From NCBI GenBank assembly GCA_027339965.1, contig DAHWNL010000014.1, positions 69,141 to 133,140 of the forward strand: a stretch of 64,000 nucleotides of DNA. Direction: 5' to 3'. The notes below the pieces were generated by a model that was not told the origin of the DNA, did not search any database, and saw nothing but the letters and a program-made list of their open reading frames with translations. Both the position numbers and the translations under genes were made by a program. Shown here piece by piece: positions 9,291 through 19,076 of the stretch (positions are counted from its first letter, which is position 1; each line of letters starts with the position of its first letter). The DNA comes from Granulicella sp. Its GTDB lineage: Bacteria; Acidobacteriota; Terriglobia; Terriglobales; Acidobacteriaceae.

Positions 9291-10123
9291 CTTCTATGCC
9301 CGAAGCGCCAGTCCAGGCCCAGAGAGATGGAGAAGAAGTACTTGGTATTGGTTCCGAAGTGGTCCATGGAGAGGGTTGGCTGCAGGCGTATCGCAAAGTC
9401 CTTGCTCTGGTTGAAGTCAAAGCTGCTGCCGGCGGCGGCGTAGGGGGCCAGATGGTTGCAGTACAAGAGCAGGTTCCCTACCTGGCCCGGTTGCTGCTGC
9501 GCCGGGCAGGCGCTCACCGGACTGCCTCCGGGGTAGTTTTGCACGGCGTGGTTGAAGATGCCGTAGCCTCCGCCTCCCAGCCCCAGGAAGTTGACCGCCA
9601 CGTAACGGTTCCGGAGGGCTCGATACTCCAAGCCTCCGGTGAAGAGATACTCCATGATGGTCACGCGGTTGTAAAAGGGACTGATGACCGGAGTGGTTCC
9701 AGCGCCGAACCGGAAGTCCGTCGCCAGTGCGAATCGGCCATTCAGCCAGTAAGCCAGCATGCCTTCGGCGCCGCCCATATTAAAGCGCACGGGGATGGTC
9801 TGTCCCGCCTGTCCATTCATGAACATCAAACCGCCGTAAAGATCCCAGCGATTGTCATACTTGGGCCCCGTATAGGGAGCCAGCGCCGCCGCTGTCTCCT
9901 CGGACATGGGAGCGGTTCCGGGGGCGGTAGTAGGGTTCTGGGTCTGGCTGGCTGAGGAGCTGTTGGATGGAGCGTTCGAACTTTGGGCCAGCGCCTGGGG
10001 CCCGCCAAGGCCGGCGGCAGCGACCAGCACCCATCCAAGGATCATGCTCAACATGGTTATGCAAGCCACCTTGCGGAACTGGCCAGGGGCGGTGTCTGGG
10101 ATCTTCGTCATCAATTGCAGCAT
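9287..10123 (-). CDS. Secreted/outer-membrane beta-barrel-like hypothetical protein
   Basis: Signal-like hydrophobic N-region ending ALAQ, Ser/Thr/Pro linker, alternating aromatic strands, C-terminal ISLGLDWRF. Confidence 0.7.
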   Translation of the reverse strand: MLQLMTKIPDTAPGQFRKVACITMLSMILGWVLVAAAGLGGPQALAQSSNAPSNSSSASQTQNPTTAPGTAPMSEETAAALAPYTGPKYDNRWDLYGGLMFMNGQAGQTIPVRFNMGGAEGMLAYWLNGRFALATDFRFGAGTTPVISPFYNRVTIMEYLFTGGLEYRALRNRYVAVNFLGLGGGGYGIFNHAVQNYPGGSPVSACPAQQQPGQVGNLLLYCNHLAPYAAAGSSFDFNQSKDFAIRLQPTLSMDHFGTNTKYFFSISLGLDWRFGHRR

Positions 10124-10412
10124 CTTCCTCGTGGGCGGCGCTCAAGCGAGCGGCGCGTTCGTTTCGGCTTGCGGGCCTGGGTGAATCCGCGATGAGCCTT
10201 GTATCTCTCCAAGGATATACTGTCTTATGCCGGTTCCATCTCAAGATCTCCGCTTTGCGGTCGGATCCTGCCCCCAGGTTTCGCGGGTGGCGGGAGACAA
10301 GGCGGGGGCAAGACGGGCAGGGTCGGCCCGGCAGCGGACATTTCCGGCTTGTCGTGCGACAATGAAACCGTCACCCGCTTCCGAGCAGAGGTGACAGCAG
10401 GGAGATTCTCGT

Positions 10413-10646
10413 ATGGGCGATCTATTGCAACCATGGCACATCATTCTTCTGGTAGTGCTCGCCGTTCTTCTCTTTGGCGGCAAGAAATTGCCTGAACTGG
10501 GCAAGGGCCTCGGAGAAGGTCTGCGTGGCTTCAAGGAAGGCATGAAGGGGATCAACGAGGAGATCAAGGCAGACGCCAAGCCCGCCGAATCGGCGCGAAT
10601 TGCCCCCCCCAAGGCCGACGAGGCGACAAAGCCGCCGGTGGCGTAG
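10413..10646 (+). CDS. tatA: Sec-independent translocase subunit TatA/E
   Basis: WHIILLVVLAVLLFGGKKLPELGKGLGEGLRGFK motif. Confidence 0.95.
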   Translation: MGDLLQPWHIILLVVLAVLLFGGKKLPELGKGLGEGLRGFKEGMKGINEEIKADAKPAESARIAPPKADEATKPPVA

Positions 10647-11214
10647 AGTCCACGGCTGATTGCAGATCCATCGCCAATCCGCGGCCAGGAGCAGAGCCTT
10701 GGCTGAGACAAGATCAACAGCTTCCAACTCATCCACGAGTCTTCCAATTGTCCTCTGGGGCTGCCCTCGCGGGCTTCCTACGAGTGGCCCGTTCCCTAAA
10801 GTCTGATATCTCTCTCCGCCGCCTGCGGCTTGGGTTGCATGAGCCCGGCCTTGGGCGAGCGTCCTGGATGGGCGAGTCCGGAGGATCGCGGGGGTTCTGA
10901 GGATCCCGGATTCCGAGGATCCCGGATTCGGCATGAATTAAGATCCCGCACTCAAGATCAAGCCGCCCCCGCTCCTGAGCCGGCGACGGAAGGGGGACCT
11001 CCCAGGCATAGCCACAGCCTTTCCGTGTGGATGGCTCGCCGCAAGCAGGCTTGCGGCGACGTGTTGCGTCCATCCCGGCAGGCAAGCCTGCTGGGAACCC
11101 GAGGAGTTGGCGAGAATCTGATAAAGATCCGGGCATTGGGACACCTTTGCGCGGGAGAAGGCGCACGAGGAAAGGGCTTGAGCGGCTCTGGAGACATTGG
11201 CCCTGCGGCGAGCG

Positions 11215-12348
11215 TTATGCCGGCAGGGTAATCAGGATGACGGCCGCCAGAGCGGCCATCATCCCCACGACCTGGCGCTGTGTGGGCCGTTCGTGGAGCA
11301 CCCAAGCGGCCAGAAGGATGGTTCCGGCGGGATAAAGGCTGGCAAGCACAGAGGCAACATCCAGCCTCCCCATGCGAGTTGCGGCCATGAACAGCAGATT
11401 TCCCCCGGTATCCAGCAGCGCGACAGCGCCCGCCCATCCCCAGACTGCGGGTCGATGGATGCTGAGTTCTGGCGCCGGCTGCCGTGTTGGCCGCAGAGCC
11501 GGGACGCATCGTCGGGCGGCCGCCAGCGCTACCAGGACCAGCAAGCAAAGCGTGACGCTGGCGAATCTGGCGATCGCCATGGAGGCGATCAAGCCCAGAG
11601 GATTGGCCATCTTCAAAGCAATGAAGTACACGCCAAACATCACTCCGGAGAATAGAGCCGGCGCCAGGCTGCCGCGGGAGCCATCCCTTTGCGACGAGTT
11701 CTCGGCCGCAATGAGCCAGATGGCTCCGCCGGCCAGAGCAAAGCCCGCCAGCCTCAGATGGGACGGCGCGCCCTCCATCCGGCTGGAGGCCAGCGCAGGG
11801 ATTCCGGCCGCCAGCAACCCACTGAGAGCCGCGGGGATTCCCATGCTCCCGCGGCTCAGAGCGATATAAAAGGTCACCACCCCGAGAGCGCCAGTGAGAC
11901 CGGCCACAATGGCCCAAAGAGCGGCCGCGGCTTGGCCGAGCGAACCTGGAGCCGAGCCGAACTGCGGAGTCAGCGCGGAGAGGCTCCGCGGAAAAATTTG
12001 CTTTTTGTCCGGCCCCGCTGGCATGCCCCGCCGCGAAGCGCGCCAAATCCGGCTCCGTTGTACCGGGCGCCAGGGGTGATCTGCGGCTTGGGCGCGGTCT
12101 GCCTGATAGTGGACGGAGGAGTCTTGAGCTTGATGGGTGTCTTTTCTGGAGGCAATACCCGTCCAGCAGAGCGCCATGGACACCAGCGCCACCAGACTGA
12201 GGAGGTGGGCGAGAAGGACAAACCGAACGGCTTGCGGAGCCTGGCCGCCGGAAGCCTTCACCCCCATGCCTCCGGAAAAATCTCCGCCGCCCCAGGAGGT
12301 GGCGGAGAAGAGCGCAAGTAGCGCGTTGGAAGGGATTGCACACGCCAT
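11215..12348 (-). CDS. EamA/DMT family transporter carrying an in-frame hydrophilic insertion
   Basis: WGGGDFSGG, FYIALSRGSMG, LDTGGNLLF, VLASLYPAGTILLAAWVLHERP motifs; about 10 TM segments. Confidence 0.85.
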   Translation of the reverse strand: MACAIPSNALLALFSATSWGGGDFSGGMGVKASGGQAPQAVRFVLLAHLLSLVALVSMALCWTGIASRKDTHQAQDSSVHYQADRAQAADHPWRPVQRSRIWRASRRGMPAGPDKKQIFPRSLSALTPQFGSAPGSLGQAAAALWAIVAGLTGALGVVTFYIALSRGSMGIPAALSGLLAAGIPALASSRMEGAPSHLRLAGFALAGGAIWLIAAENSSQRDGSRGSLAPALFSGVMFGVYFIALKMANPLGLIASMAIARFASVTLCLLVLVALAAARRCVPALRPTRQPAPELSIHRPAVWGWAGAVALLDTGGNLLFMAATRMGRLDVASVLASLYPAGTILLAAWVLHERPTQRQVVGMMAALAAVILITLPA

Positions 12349-12380
12349 GGGGAGAACCGGAGTGCGTCCCGGGGCTGGCT

Positions 12381-13718
12381 TTATTGGGACGCCGCCTGAT
12401 GCACCGGGTTCGCCTGCGCATTGTCGGCAGCCGAGGGATAATATCCGTCCTTGCAGATGATCGTCAGCCCCGGCCGCAGGATCCGAATCTCCGTTCGACG
12501 ATAGCTCTCGTCGTAGGGGTTGGCGTTGGTGTAGTAGCCAACGGTGTACTGAGCGCGAATCTGGTTGGTGATCTGCATGAAAGCCTGTTCGATTCCTCTG
12601 GGCCGAAACTCGGAGTCAAACTCTCCGCCAGTTTTCGCCGTGTAGGTGGGTAGCACATCGTCGCGCATGGTCAGGGGGATATGCATCCGGTCCAGGAATC
12701 CCACACCCGGAATGGCGGAGTCGCCGACCTGCGTGGCCCACACGGAGATGTTGTTGGTCAGCAGATACCGGATCACCTCCTTCTGGGTCGCCTGGCTGCC
12801 ATACTCCTTGCCGTCGGAGATCACATAGATGATTCTTCGCCGTCCTCGTGGCGCCGTGGAGACCTCTTTGGCCGCTTTGAGAATAGCGTCGTTGAGGGTG
12901 TGGTACTCCTTGGGTACGGTAAAAGCAAGGGTGCCAGGCTGATGGCCAAAGTCGGTAACGCCATCAATGGGCATATTGTTGATCACCGCGCCATGGGACA
13001 GGGGACCGGTCAATCCCATCAGAGGATCGCGGCCAACGCCTTTGGAGTTGTCCAGCACCGCGCCCAGCCGCGGACTCTGCGCCGCAGTGAACGCGGTCTG
13101 CTCGGTGACGCCATCGTTGTAAGTGAAAACAGAGACCTCATCCCAGGGAGAGAAGGCGCCTTGCAGCGCATCCAGAGAGTCGTTGATCTTCTCCATCGTG
13201 TCATGGGTGACGCCCTGATCGATGACCAGCGCTACGGCCAGCGGCGCGGGGTCGGAGGTGAACACGCGAATCTGCTGCCTCACTCCGTTCTCATACACCC
13301 GGACATCCCGCCAGGTAATGCCGGGAACCAGATTCCCTTTGGAGTCCTTGACGAGGAATGGAATCTCATGGAACTGCACGTGGACGCTCAGGGTATTGAG
13401 CGCGCTCTGGGTGCTGGCCGGCGGTGGGCCCTGTTGCTCATCCTCCTCCTCATCCTCCTCGGCCGCGGCCGCAGCAGCGGGTTTGGCTACCGGACGGATG
13501 GGCGCGGAGACCGAAGTGGGAGCTGGGGCCATGTTGACCGGCGTAATAGTGTTCAGATCGGGCAACGCCTGGGGCTCCGGAGCGTTTGGAACGCTCTGCT
13601 GCGTCTGTGCCGGCGGTGTTGCACTCTGCGCCGGCGCCAGTGCTGTTGCGGCGGCCAGAAGCAGCGCCATACCTCCCGCTCGGCTGGCTACCCGTTTCGT
13701 TTGCGTTCCCAACGTCAT
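12381..13718 (-). CDS. VWA domain-containing secreted protein (Acidobacterial VWFA type)
   Basis: Signal peptide; VKDSKGNLVPG, PLAVALVIDQG, LNDAILKAA, IIYVISDGKE, IRAQYTVGYY; AGAGGAAG RBS before ATG 13718. Confidence 0.88.
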   Translation of the reverse strand: MTLGTQTKRVASRAGGMALLLAAATALAPAQSATPPAQTQQSVPNAPEPQALPDLNTITPVNMAPAPTSVSAPIRPVAKPAAAAAAEEDEEEDEQQGPPPASTQSALNTLSVHVQFHEIPFLVKDSKGNLVPGITWRDVRVYENGVRQQIRVFTSDPAPLAVALVIDQGVTHDTMEKINDSLDALQGAFSPWDEVSVFTYNDGVTEQTAFTAAQSPRLGAVLDNSKGVGRDPLMGLTGPLSHGAVINNMPIDGVTDFGHQPGTLAFTVPKEYHTLNDAILKAAKEVSTAPRGRRRIIYVISDGKEYGSQATQKEVIRYLLTNNISVWATQVGDSAIPGVGFLDRMHIPLTMRDDVLPTYTAKTGGEFDSEFRPRGIEQAFMQITNQIRAQYTVGYYTNANPYDESYRRTEIRILRPGLTIICKDGYYPSAADNAQANPVHQAASQ

Positions 13719-14173
13719 CCGTCTTCCTCTTCTTCTATGAGCCAACCGGCCTTCGGCGCAATCTGAGTTCTCCTCTGAGACTATCAGCGTGCGGCGTCCG
13801 GTGTCTCTTCTTCATTTTGGCCTGGGCCATCACGCCTCCGGGAACAGCTACTCACTCAGACGCCGGCTGGAGGAGGTTCGTTGCGCGAGCTCTTATCCCA
13901 GGCCGGAGACCGGTGTAGCCGGACTCACCCTGAGGCCAAGGCTCGGGGATAGGCTTCCGGCTGAGGCGCGGCCCAATCTTTCCGCTTGGAGATCTCACTT
14001 CCCATCCGGTCTGGATCCGCCCGCGCCGGCCACGGAGGATAGACGGCGAGCAGGGAGCCACGAGATGAGGGGCGGTCTGGAAACTCGAGATTCCGCTCCT
14101 GTCCCGTCTGGATGGCGATCAGGAGCAGTGAAGCGTCGCTGTGGACAAGATGCCGGAGGCGAGCAGAAGCAGC

Positions 14174-14929
14174 TTACTCCGGGGTTCCCGCGCCGGCAGC
14201 GGAGGATGGGTTCAGCTTCTGGTTTGCGATTTCGGCAGCGGCGCCGGGACGGCCGTTGGGATCCTTGTCCCTGTCCTTGAGCAAGGCCAGAATCTGCCGG
14301 GCCTGATCCGTCTTGCCCTGGGACTGGTAGAGTTCAGCGAGCTGGAGCTGGGCCAGAGACGCCGGTACCGTCAAGGCATGGCCCTTGCTCAGCTCTTTGT
14401 AAATGGCGACAGCTTTGTCGTCCTGCCCTGTCTTTTGATCCAGATCAGCCAGCGCGTCCTTCCCCAGAGCTGCCAGAGAGCTGTCCCATCCGGAGGCCAC
14501 CTTTTGGAAGGCCGTCTCCGCACAGGCGGTCCTTCCAAGGTCCTCACAAGCAAGACCGGAAAAAAACTCGGCCAGGCGTCCGGACCTGGTCAGACCGTAC
14601 TGTTGGGCGACCTGTTGGAATCCCGGGAGGGCGGCAGCCGCGCGAGTCTTCGCATCCGGGAAGTACTTGGCTCCGGGAATCGGTTCCGTCGAGGCGCTGG
14701 CCAGCGGTGTCTGGTAGATCTGCATGGCTTGACCAAAGGCCGTGGCGGCAGCCGAAGAGCGATTCTGAAAGAGGGTATAAGCCGCGACGACGGCGATGGT
14801 GGCTACCACGGCGATGACACCGTAAAGGATGGCCTGCCGGCGGTGTTCCTCGGCCCAGTGGACCCCGGTTTCAGTAAGGGCGACAAACTGGTCCTGCTTC
14901 TTCAACTGGCGCTTGGTTGCATTGTCCAC
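14174..14929 (-). CDS. Membrane-anchored TPR protein (YfgM-like)
   Basis: GTG start VDNATKRQLKKQDQF, one TM segment (ILYGVIAVVATIAVVAAY), helical TPR-like repeats (AQLQLAELYQSQGKTDQARQI). Confidence 0.8.
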   Translation of the reverse strand: MDNATKRQLKKQDQFVALTETGVHWAEEHRRQAILYGVIAVVATIAVVAAYTLFQNRSSAAATAFGQAMQIYQTPLASASTEPIPGAKYFPDAKTRAAAALPGFQQVAQQYGLTRSGRLAEFFSGLACEDLGRTACAETAFQKVASGWDSSLAALGKDALADLDQKTGQDDKAVAIYKELSKGHALTVPASLAQLQLAELYQSQGKTDQARQILALLKDRDKDPNGRPGAAAEIANQKLNPSSAAGAGTPE

Positions 14930-15366
14930 AAACGTTCCGTCCTTGGGGCTATCAAGAGATGGTTGGGCCCACCGCCCATGCATCTGCTTAGTTTAGCAGG
15001 TGACCCGGCCAACTCCGCCGCTTGCCAACGGGAGCCGGAGGGAATCGGCCAGGGACTGGCGGCCGGTTCTCCACGGCAGGGGGAAGGCCCTGCTGAAGGA
15101 ACCCGGGTGGCGGCCTTGAGCCCGGCTTGACGTGACCCCTGGGCGCGGTCCTTGCCAATCGTCTTTCGATGGGCATAGTATCTGCGTCGAACCAATCTAG
15201 CTGAGACCGTTTTGAGGAAACCCGGCTGGATTGCTCGCACAAGGGCCCAATTTCTACTGTTCGCAAAGAAGCAGAGAGAAGCAGGTTGTTTGGCGTGCAT
15301 CAGATGGCTGAAGCCAGATGGTCGCCGAGCTAGGGCGTAGCAAAACTCAGGAGCGACAGACACGTT

Positions 15367-16125
15367 ATGGCTTGGTACGCTTACTGCATTACCGAACGAA
15401 ATGCATTTACTGAACTGGGCAGGCATAGAAGGCCGATGCCACTCTCCGGGGTAACCGGACTCTTTGGAAATCAAACTTTTCTTTTCCCAGCCGCCGATCT
15501 GGCGGTCGTGGTCTCAGAACATACGCCGGAGGACACCGGCAGGCTGGTCGCGGTGGAAGGCCAGGCGGCGGCACGCGAACATGCGCGGGTAATCTCGCTG
15601 TGCTTTGCCCAGTCCACCGTGCTGCCCTTCCGCTACGGAACGACGTTTGAGGACGATGATGCGCTGCGCCGATCCGTACGCTCTAACCAACGGCACTTCA
15701 TGGCCAATGTGGAACGTCTGCGCGGCATGGCCGAGATGCACCTGAAGGTGATGCTGAACGATATCTGCCCGGAGACGAAGCCGTGCGGCTCCCCGTCGCA
15801 AGCCGCGGGCCATGAGTATCTGGCTCATCTGCGAGAGTCGGCTTCACGCCAGCGGGAGCGCCAGTCACGGGCGCGCGCCCTCTCGCTGCAGATGCACCGT
15901 ATGTTCTCGCCGGTGGCCGAAGAGGTAAGTTGCAAACGGATGGACTGCGGCAAGATGCTGCTGGATATCGCCCACCTGGTGGAGAAGCGGACGGTGGAGC
16001 GGTACCAGAACAAATACAGCTCGATGGCTCTGGAGATGAAGGACTATGCCATGCAGCTCTCCGGCCCGTGGCCGCCCTATCACTTTGTGCATCGCGAGCA
16101 GCGCGGGCACGGCGCGCACGCATAG
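15367..16125 (+). CDS. GvpL/GvpF family protein (stand-alone)
   Basis: N-terminal YAYCI, HARVI, TVLPFRYGT, C-terminal SGPWPPYHFV typical of GvpF/L. Confidence 0.85.
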   Translation: MAWYAYCITERNAFTELGRHRRPMPLSGVTGLFGNQTFLFPAADLAVVVSEHTPEDTGRLVAVEGQAAAREHARVISLCFAQSTVLPFRYGTTFEDDDALRRSVRSNQRHFMANVERLRGMAEMHLKVMLNDICPETKPCGSPSQAAGHEYLAHLRESASRQRERQSRARALSLQMHRMFSPVAEEVSCKRMDCGKMLLDIAHLVEKRTVERYQNKYSSMALEMKDYAMQLSGPWPPYHFVHREQRGHGAHA

Positions 16126-16413
16126 AGTCTGGGAGCCAGGATGCCGCGCAGGCGTTGGGGAACCTCTGCCTGGAAGGGGCTCCGCGGCCCCGCCCTGTGG
16201 TAGGGTTGCTTGACTTGCCCCGGAAGCCTGGCCGGCGCGATTCCGCCGCGGGTATTCCCACTCGGTACCTGGGCCGCGTGCGGACGCGATTCGAGGTCGG
16301 GAAGAGTTGGGTGAATGGTCGGCGGCGGGTCTGCGACCCGGGTCAACGCCGGGGATGGCGCTCAGGGCAGGGTTGCCGGCGTCCGCTTTCCTGCATGGGG
16401 TCAAGGCAGCGGG

Positions 16414-17118
16414 TCAAAGACGTGACACTCCGGGATGAGAGACGGACGTCCGGTCCTCGCTGCGGGCTGCAACCTCCGGGAGCACGATCATCTTTCTCTT
16501 GCGGCTGAGCACGGAGGCGCGGCGGCGACGGCCCGAGAGGTGGTCAACCTTGTTCCAGAAGCCGACAAAATAGTCGGCTGCGGAGATGATGGAGAGGATC
16601 GCCATCCAGTAGGTCGCAGTGACTGCGATCAGCCGCACGCTGATGGGAAACCAGCCCAGGAACCATGTATCCCAGCGGTGGTTCAGGGTGACGGCCACGA
16701 TGGCCACGATCTGCACCACCGTCTTGAGCTTGCCCAGGTCGCTGGCCTGGATGGTGAAGCCTTCGCTGGAGGCGATGGAGCGCAGGCCGCTGACCAGAAA
16801 TTCGCGACCAATCACCAGAACGGCGATCCAGGGCTTCATCACCTGCGGGTTGTAGGCCACCAGCAGGATGAAGGCTGCGGTGACCATGAGCTTGTCTGCC
16901 AGGGGATCCAGCAGCATGCCCAGGGTGGTGATTTGGCCGCGATGACGGGCCAGATACCCATCCAGACCGTCGGTGACGGAGGCAAGGATGAAGATGGTTG
17001 AGGCGACGATCTCCTGCTCGCCATGAACTCCCTGCCAGGGGAAGCGCGGAGAAAGCGCCCAGATCAGCAAGGGCACGCTGGCGATGCGAGTGAGCGTGAT
17101 GGAGTTGGGCAAGTTCAC
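16414..17118 (-). CDS. pgsA: CDP-diacylglycerol--glycerol-3-phosphate 3-phosphatidyltransferase
   Basis: NLPNSITLTR and DGLDGYLAR...LGMLLDPLADKL (CDP-alcohol phosphotransferase motif), REFLVSGLR, GKLKT. Confidence 0.92.
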   Translation of the reverse strand: MNLPNSITLTRIASVPLLIWALSPRFPWQGVHGEQEIVASTIFILASVTDGLDGYLARHRGQITTLGMLLDPLADKLMVTAAFILLVAYNPQVMKPWIAVLVIGREFLVSGLRSIASSEGFTIQASDLGKLKTVVQIVAIVAVTLNHRWDTWFLGWFPISVRLIAVTATYWMAILSIISAADYFVGFWNKVDHLSGRRRRASVLSRKRKMIVLPEVAARSEDRTSVSHPGVSRL

Positions 17119-17396
17119 GGGCTGTTGGCTCGGGTCGCAGAGGAGATGAGGCTGCGCTGCCTCGAGTACTGCCATTTTAGAGCATCTTCCACAGGCAGGA
17201 TACAGCGTAGAACGATGGGCTCTGCTCTCTGCCTGCTTCGGGATGTCGGAGCGGGCGAGGGCTGGGGCAGACCGGAGGGACGCGCCCGGGCTGGAGGAGG
17301 CGCTTGCGCTCCGCCGGCCGAAAAAACATCAGGCTCCGCTGATCGCCGGAGCCTGATGCTACCGGAGCCTGATGCTGGACAGCCCATGCCTGGCGG

Positions 17397-18683
17397 CTAC
17401 GCGTAGATGCCGCGTTGACGGGTGGCGTTGGCCACGCGATCAATGGCCAGCATGTAGGCTGCGATGCGGTTGTTGACGTTATGCGCGATGGAGTACTGGA
17501 GCACGTCCTGGAAGCTGTCGATCAGGATGCGATCCAGCCGCTGGTTCACCTCGTCTTCTGTCCAGAAGTAACCCATCCGGTCCTGCACCCACTCGAAGTA
17601 ACTGGTGGTGACCCCGCCGGTGTTGCCCAGGATGTCGGGAATGATAAAGACGCCCTTTTCCTCCAAGATGCGGTCCGCCACGGTGGTCGTGGGGCCGTTG
17701 GCGCCCTCACACAGGATGCGGCATTTCAGGTCGGCGGCGTTGCGGCTGGTAATCACATTCTCCGTGGCGGCGGGGATCAGAACATCGCAGGGTTGGGTGA
17801 GGATAGCGTGCTTGTCAAAGGGCCGGGCGCCGCTGAAACCATGGATGGAGCCGGTATGGGCGACGTGTTCCAGCAGTTCGGAGATGTCGATGCCCTCGGG
17901 GTTAAAAAGGGCTCCGTCGAACTCGCCGATACCGACGATGCGGTATCCCTTGTCCCAGAGGCACTTGGCGCTGTGGGAGCCTACATTGCCAAAACCCTGG
18001 ATGATGACCGAGGTGTCCGTGGGGTACATGTTGAGGTGCTTGAGAGCCTGATCAACGAAGACGGAGACGCCCCGGCCGGTGGCCTCACGGCGGCCACGAG
18101 AGCCGCCCAGCGAGATGGGCTTGCCGGTGACGACCGATGTCATCGTCTGGCCCATGTGCATGGAGTAGGTATCCATGATCCAGGCCATGGTCTGCTCATT
18201 GGTGTTCACGTCCGGAGCGGGAACATCCTTTTCGGGTCCGATGAATTCGATGATCGCTGCGGTGTACCGGCGAGTGAGGCGCTCGAGTTCGCCGACGGAC
18301 AGCTTCTTGGGATCGCAGATGACGCCGCCCTTGGCTCCGCCAAAGGGGATGTTCACTACGGCGCACTTCCAGGTCATCCAGGAGGCCAGCGCTCGAACTT
18401 CATCCAGGGAGACATCCGTACCGTAGCGGATGCCGCCCTTGCAGGGGCCACGCGAAAAGGAGTGCTGCACGCGGTATCCGGTAAAGATTTCCATGCTTCC
18501 GTCGTCCATCGAGACGGGGATATGAACGATGATCTCGCGAGTGGGGTAACGCAGGACCTTCCAGAGTCCGGGGTCGAGGTTGAGTCTTCGGGCGGCCTCG
18601 TCAAAACGCGCCGCCTGGGCGAGCCAGGGATTGGTTTCCTGCTCCAAGGGAACAGAATCAGTGGAACTGCTGGTTGTTATCAT
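17397..18683 (-). CDS. gdhA: Glu/Leu/Phe/Val dehydrogenase (glutamate dehydrogenase)
   Basis: [51 protein letters not shown] before ATG 18683. Confidence 0.93.
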   Translation of the reverse strand: MITTSSSTDSVPLEQETNPWLAQAARFDEAARRLNLDPGLWKVLRYPTREIIVHIPVSMDDGSMEIFTGYRVQHSFSRGPCKGGIRYGTDVSLDEVRALASWMTWKCAVVNIPFGGAKGGVICDPKKLSVGELERLTRRYTAAIIEFIGPEKDVPAPDVNTNEQTMAWIMDTYSMHMGQTMTSVVTGKPISLGGSRGRREATGRGVSVFVDQALKHLNMYPTDTSVIIQGFGNVGSHSAKCLWDKGYRIVGIGEFDGALFNPEGIDISELLEHVAHTGSIHGFSGARPFDKHAILTQPCDVLIPAATENVITSRNAADLKCRILCEGANGPTTTVADRILEEKGVFIIPDILGNTGGVTTSYFEWVQDRMGYFWTEDEVNQRLDRILIDSFQDVLQYSIAHNVNNRIAAYMLAIDRVANATRQRGIYA

Positions 18684-19076
18684 TGAATCCTCATTCTGGT
18701 TGGGCGTCTTTCTGCCCAGCGTAGGGTGGCCGGCTAGCGCGGCTTCCCCAGGTACGATTCGTTCTCCGGCCATGGTCCTCTCTCGATCCAAATCAGGTTC
18801 AGGCCCGGCGGGGAGTGAAGGCTCCACGGCGGACGATGGCATCCGTGTCGAACCGGCTCGGTCAGACCGGTCTGTGACCAAACGCCGCGAGTATAGATCC
18901 GGCCGGGAGCAACTCGCAAGCCGCGGCGTTGCCCTCGCCGGGTGCATCCTCTCCCGCAGAAGTTCGCCAAGGTTCCTCCCCGCCCATGGTCGGCCGGGCC
19001 GGCTGGTTCCGGAGCTAACGGGAGAGCGCTGCCGGTCCGGAACCGGTCAGGCGCCGGGCTGGGTATGATGGGGGGG

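Noticed and set aside
15230..15345. Possible c-di-GMP-I riboswitch in the gvpF/L leader
   Set aside because: Only superficial resemblance; the conserved GGCAAA and GACGCAAAG elements are absent
17177..17220. Possible fourth, truncated MITE copy (TTAGAGCATCTTCC...GATGGGC)
   Set aside because: Only one terminus matches, and the sequence is equally explained as the TAAAAT -10 region of pgsA
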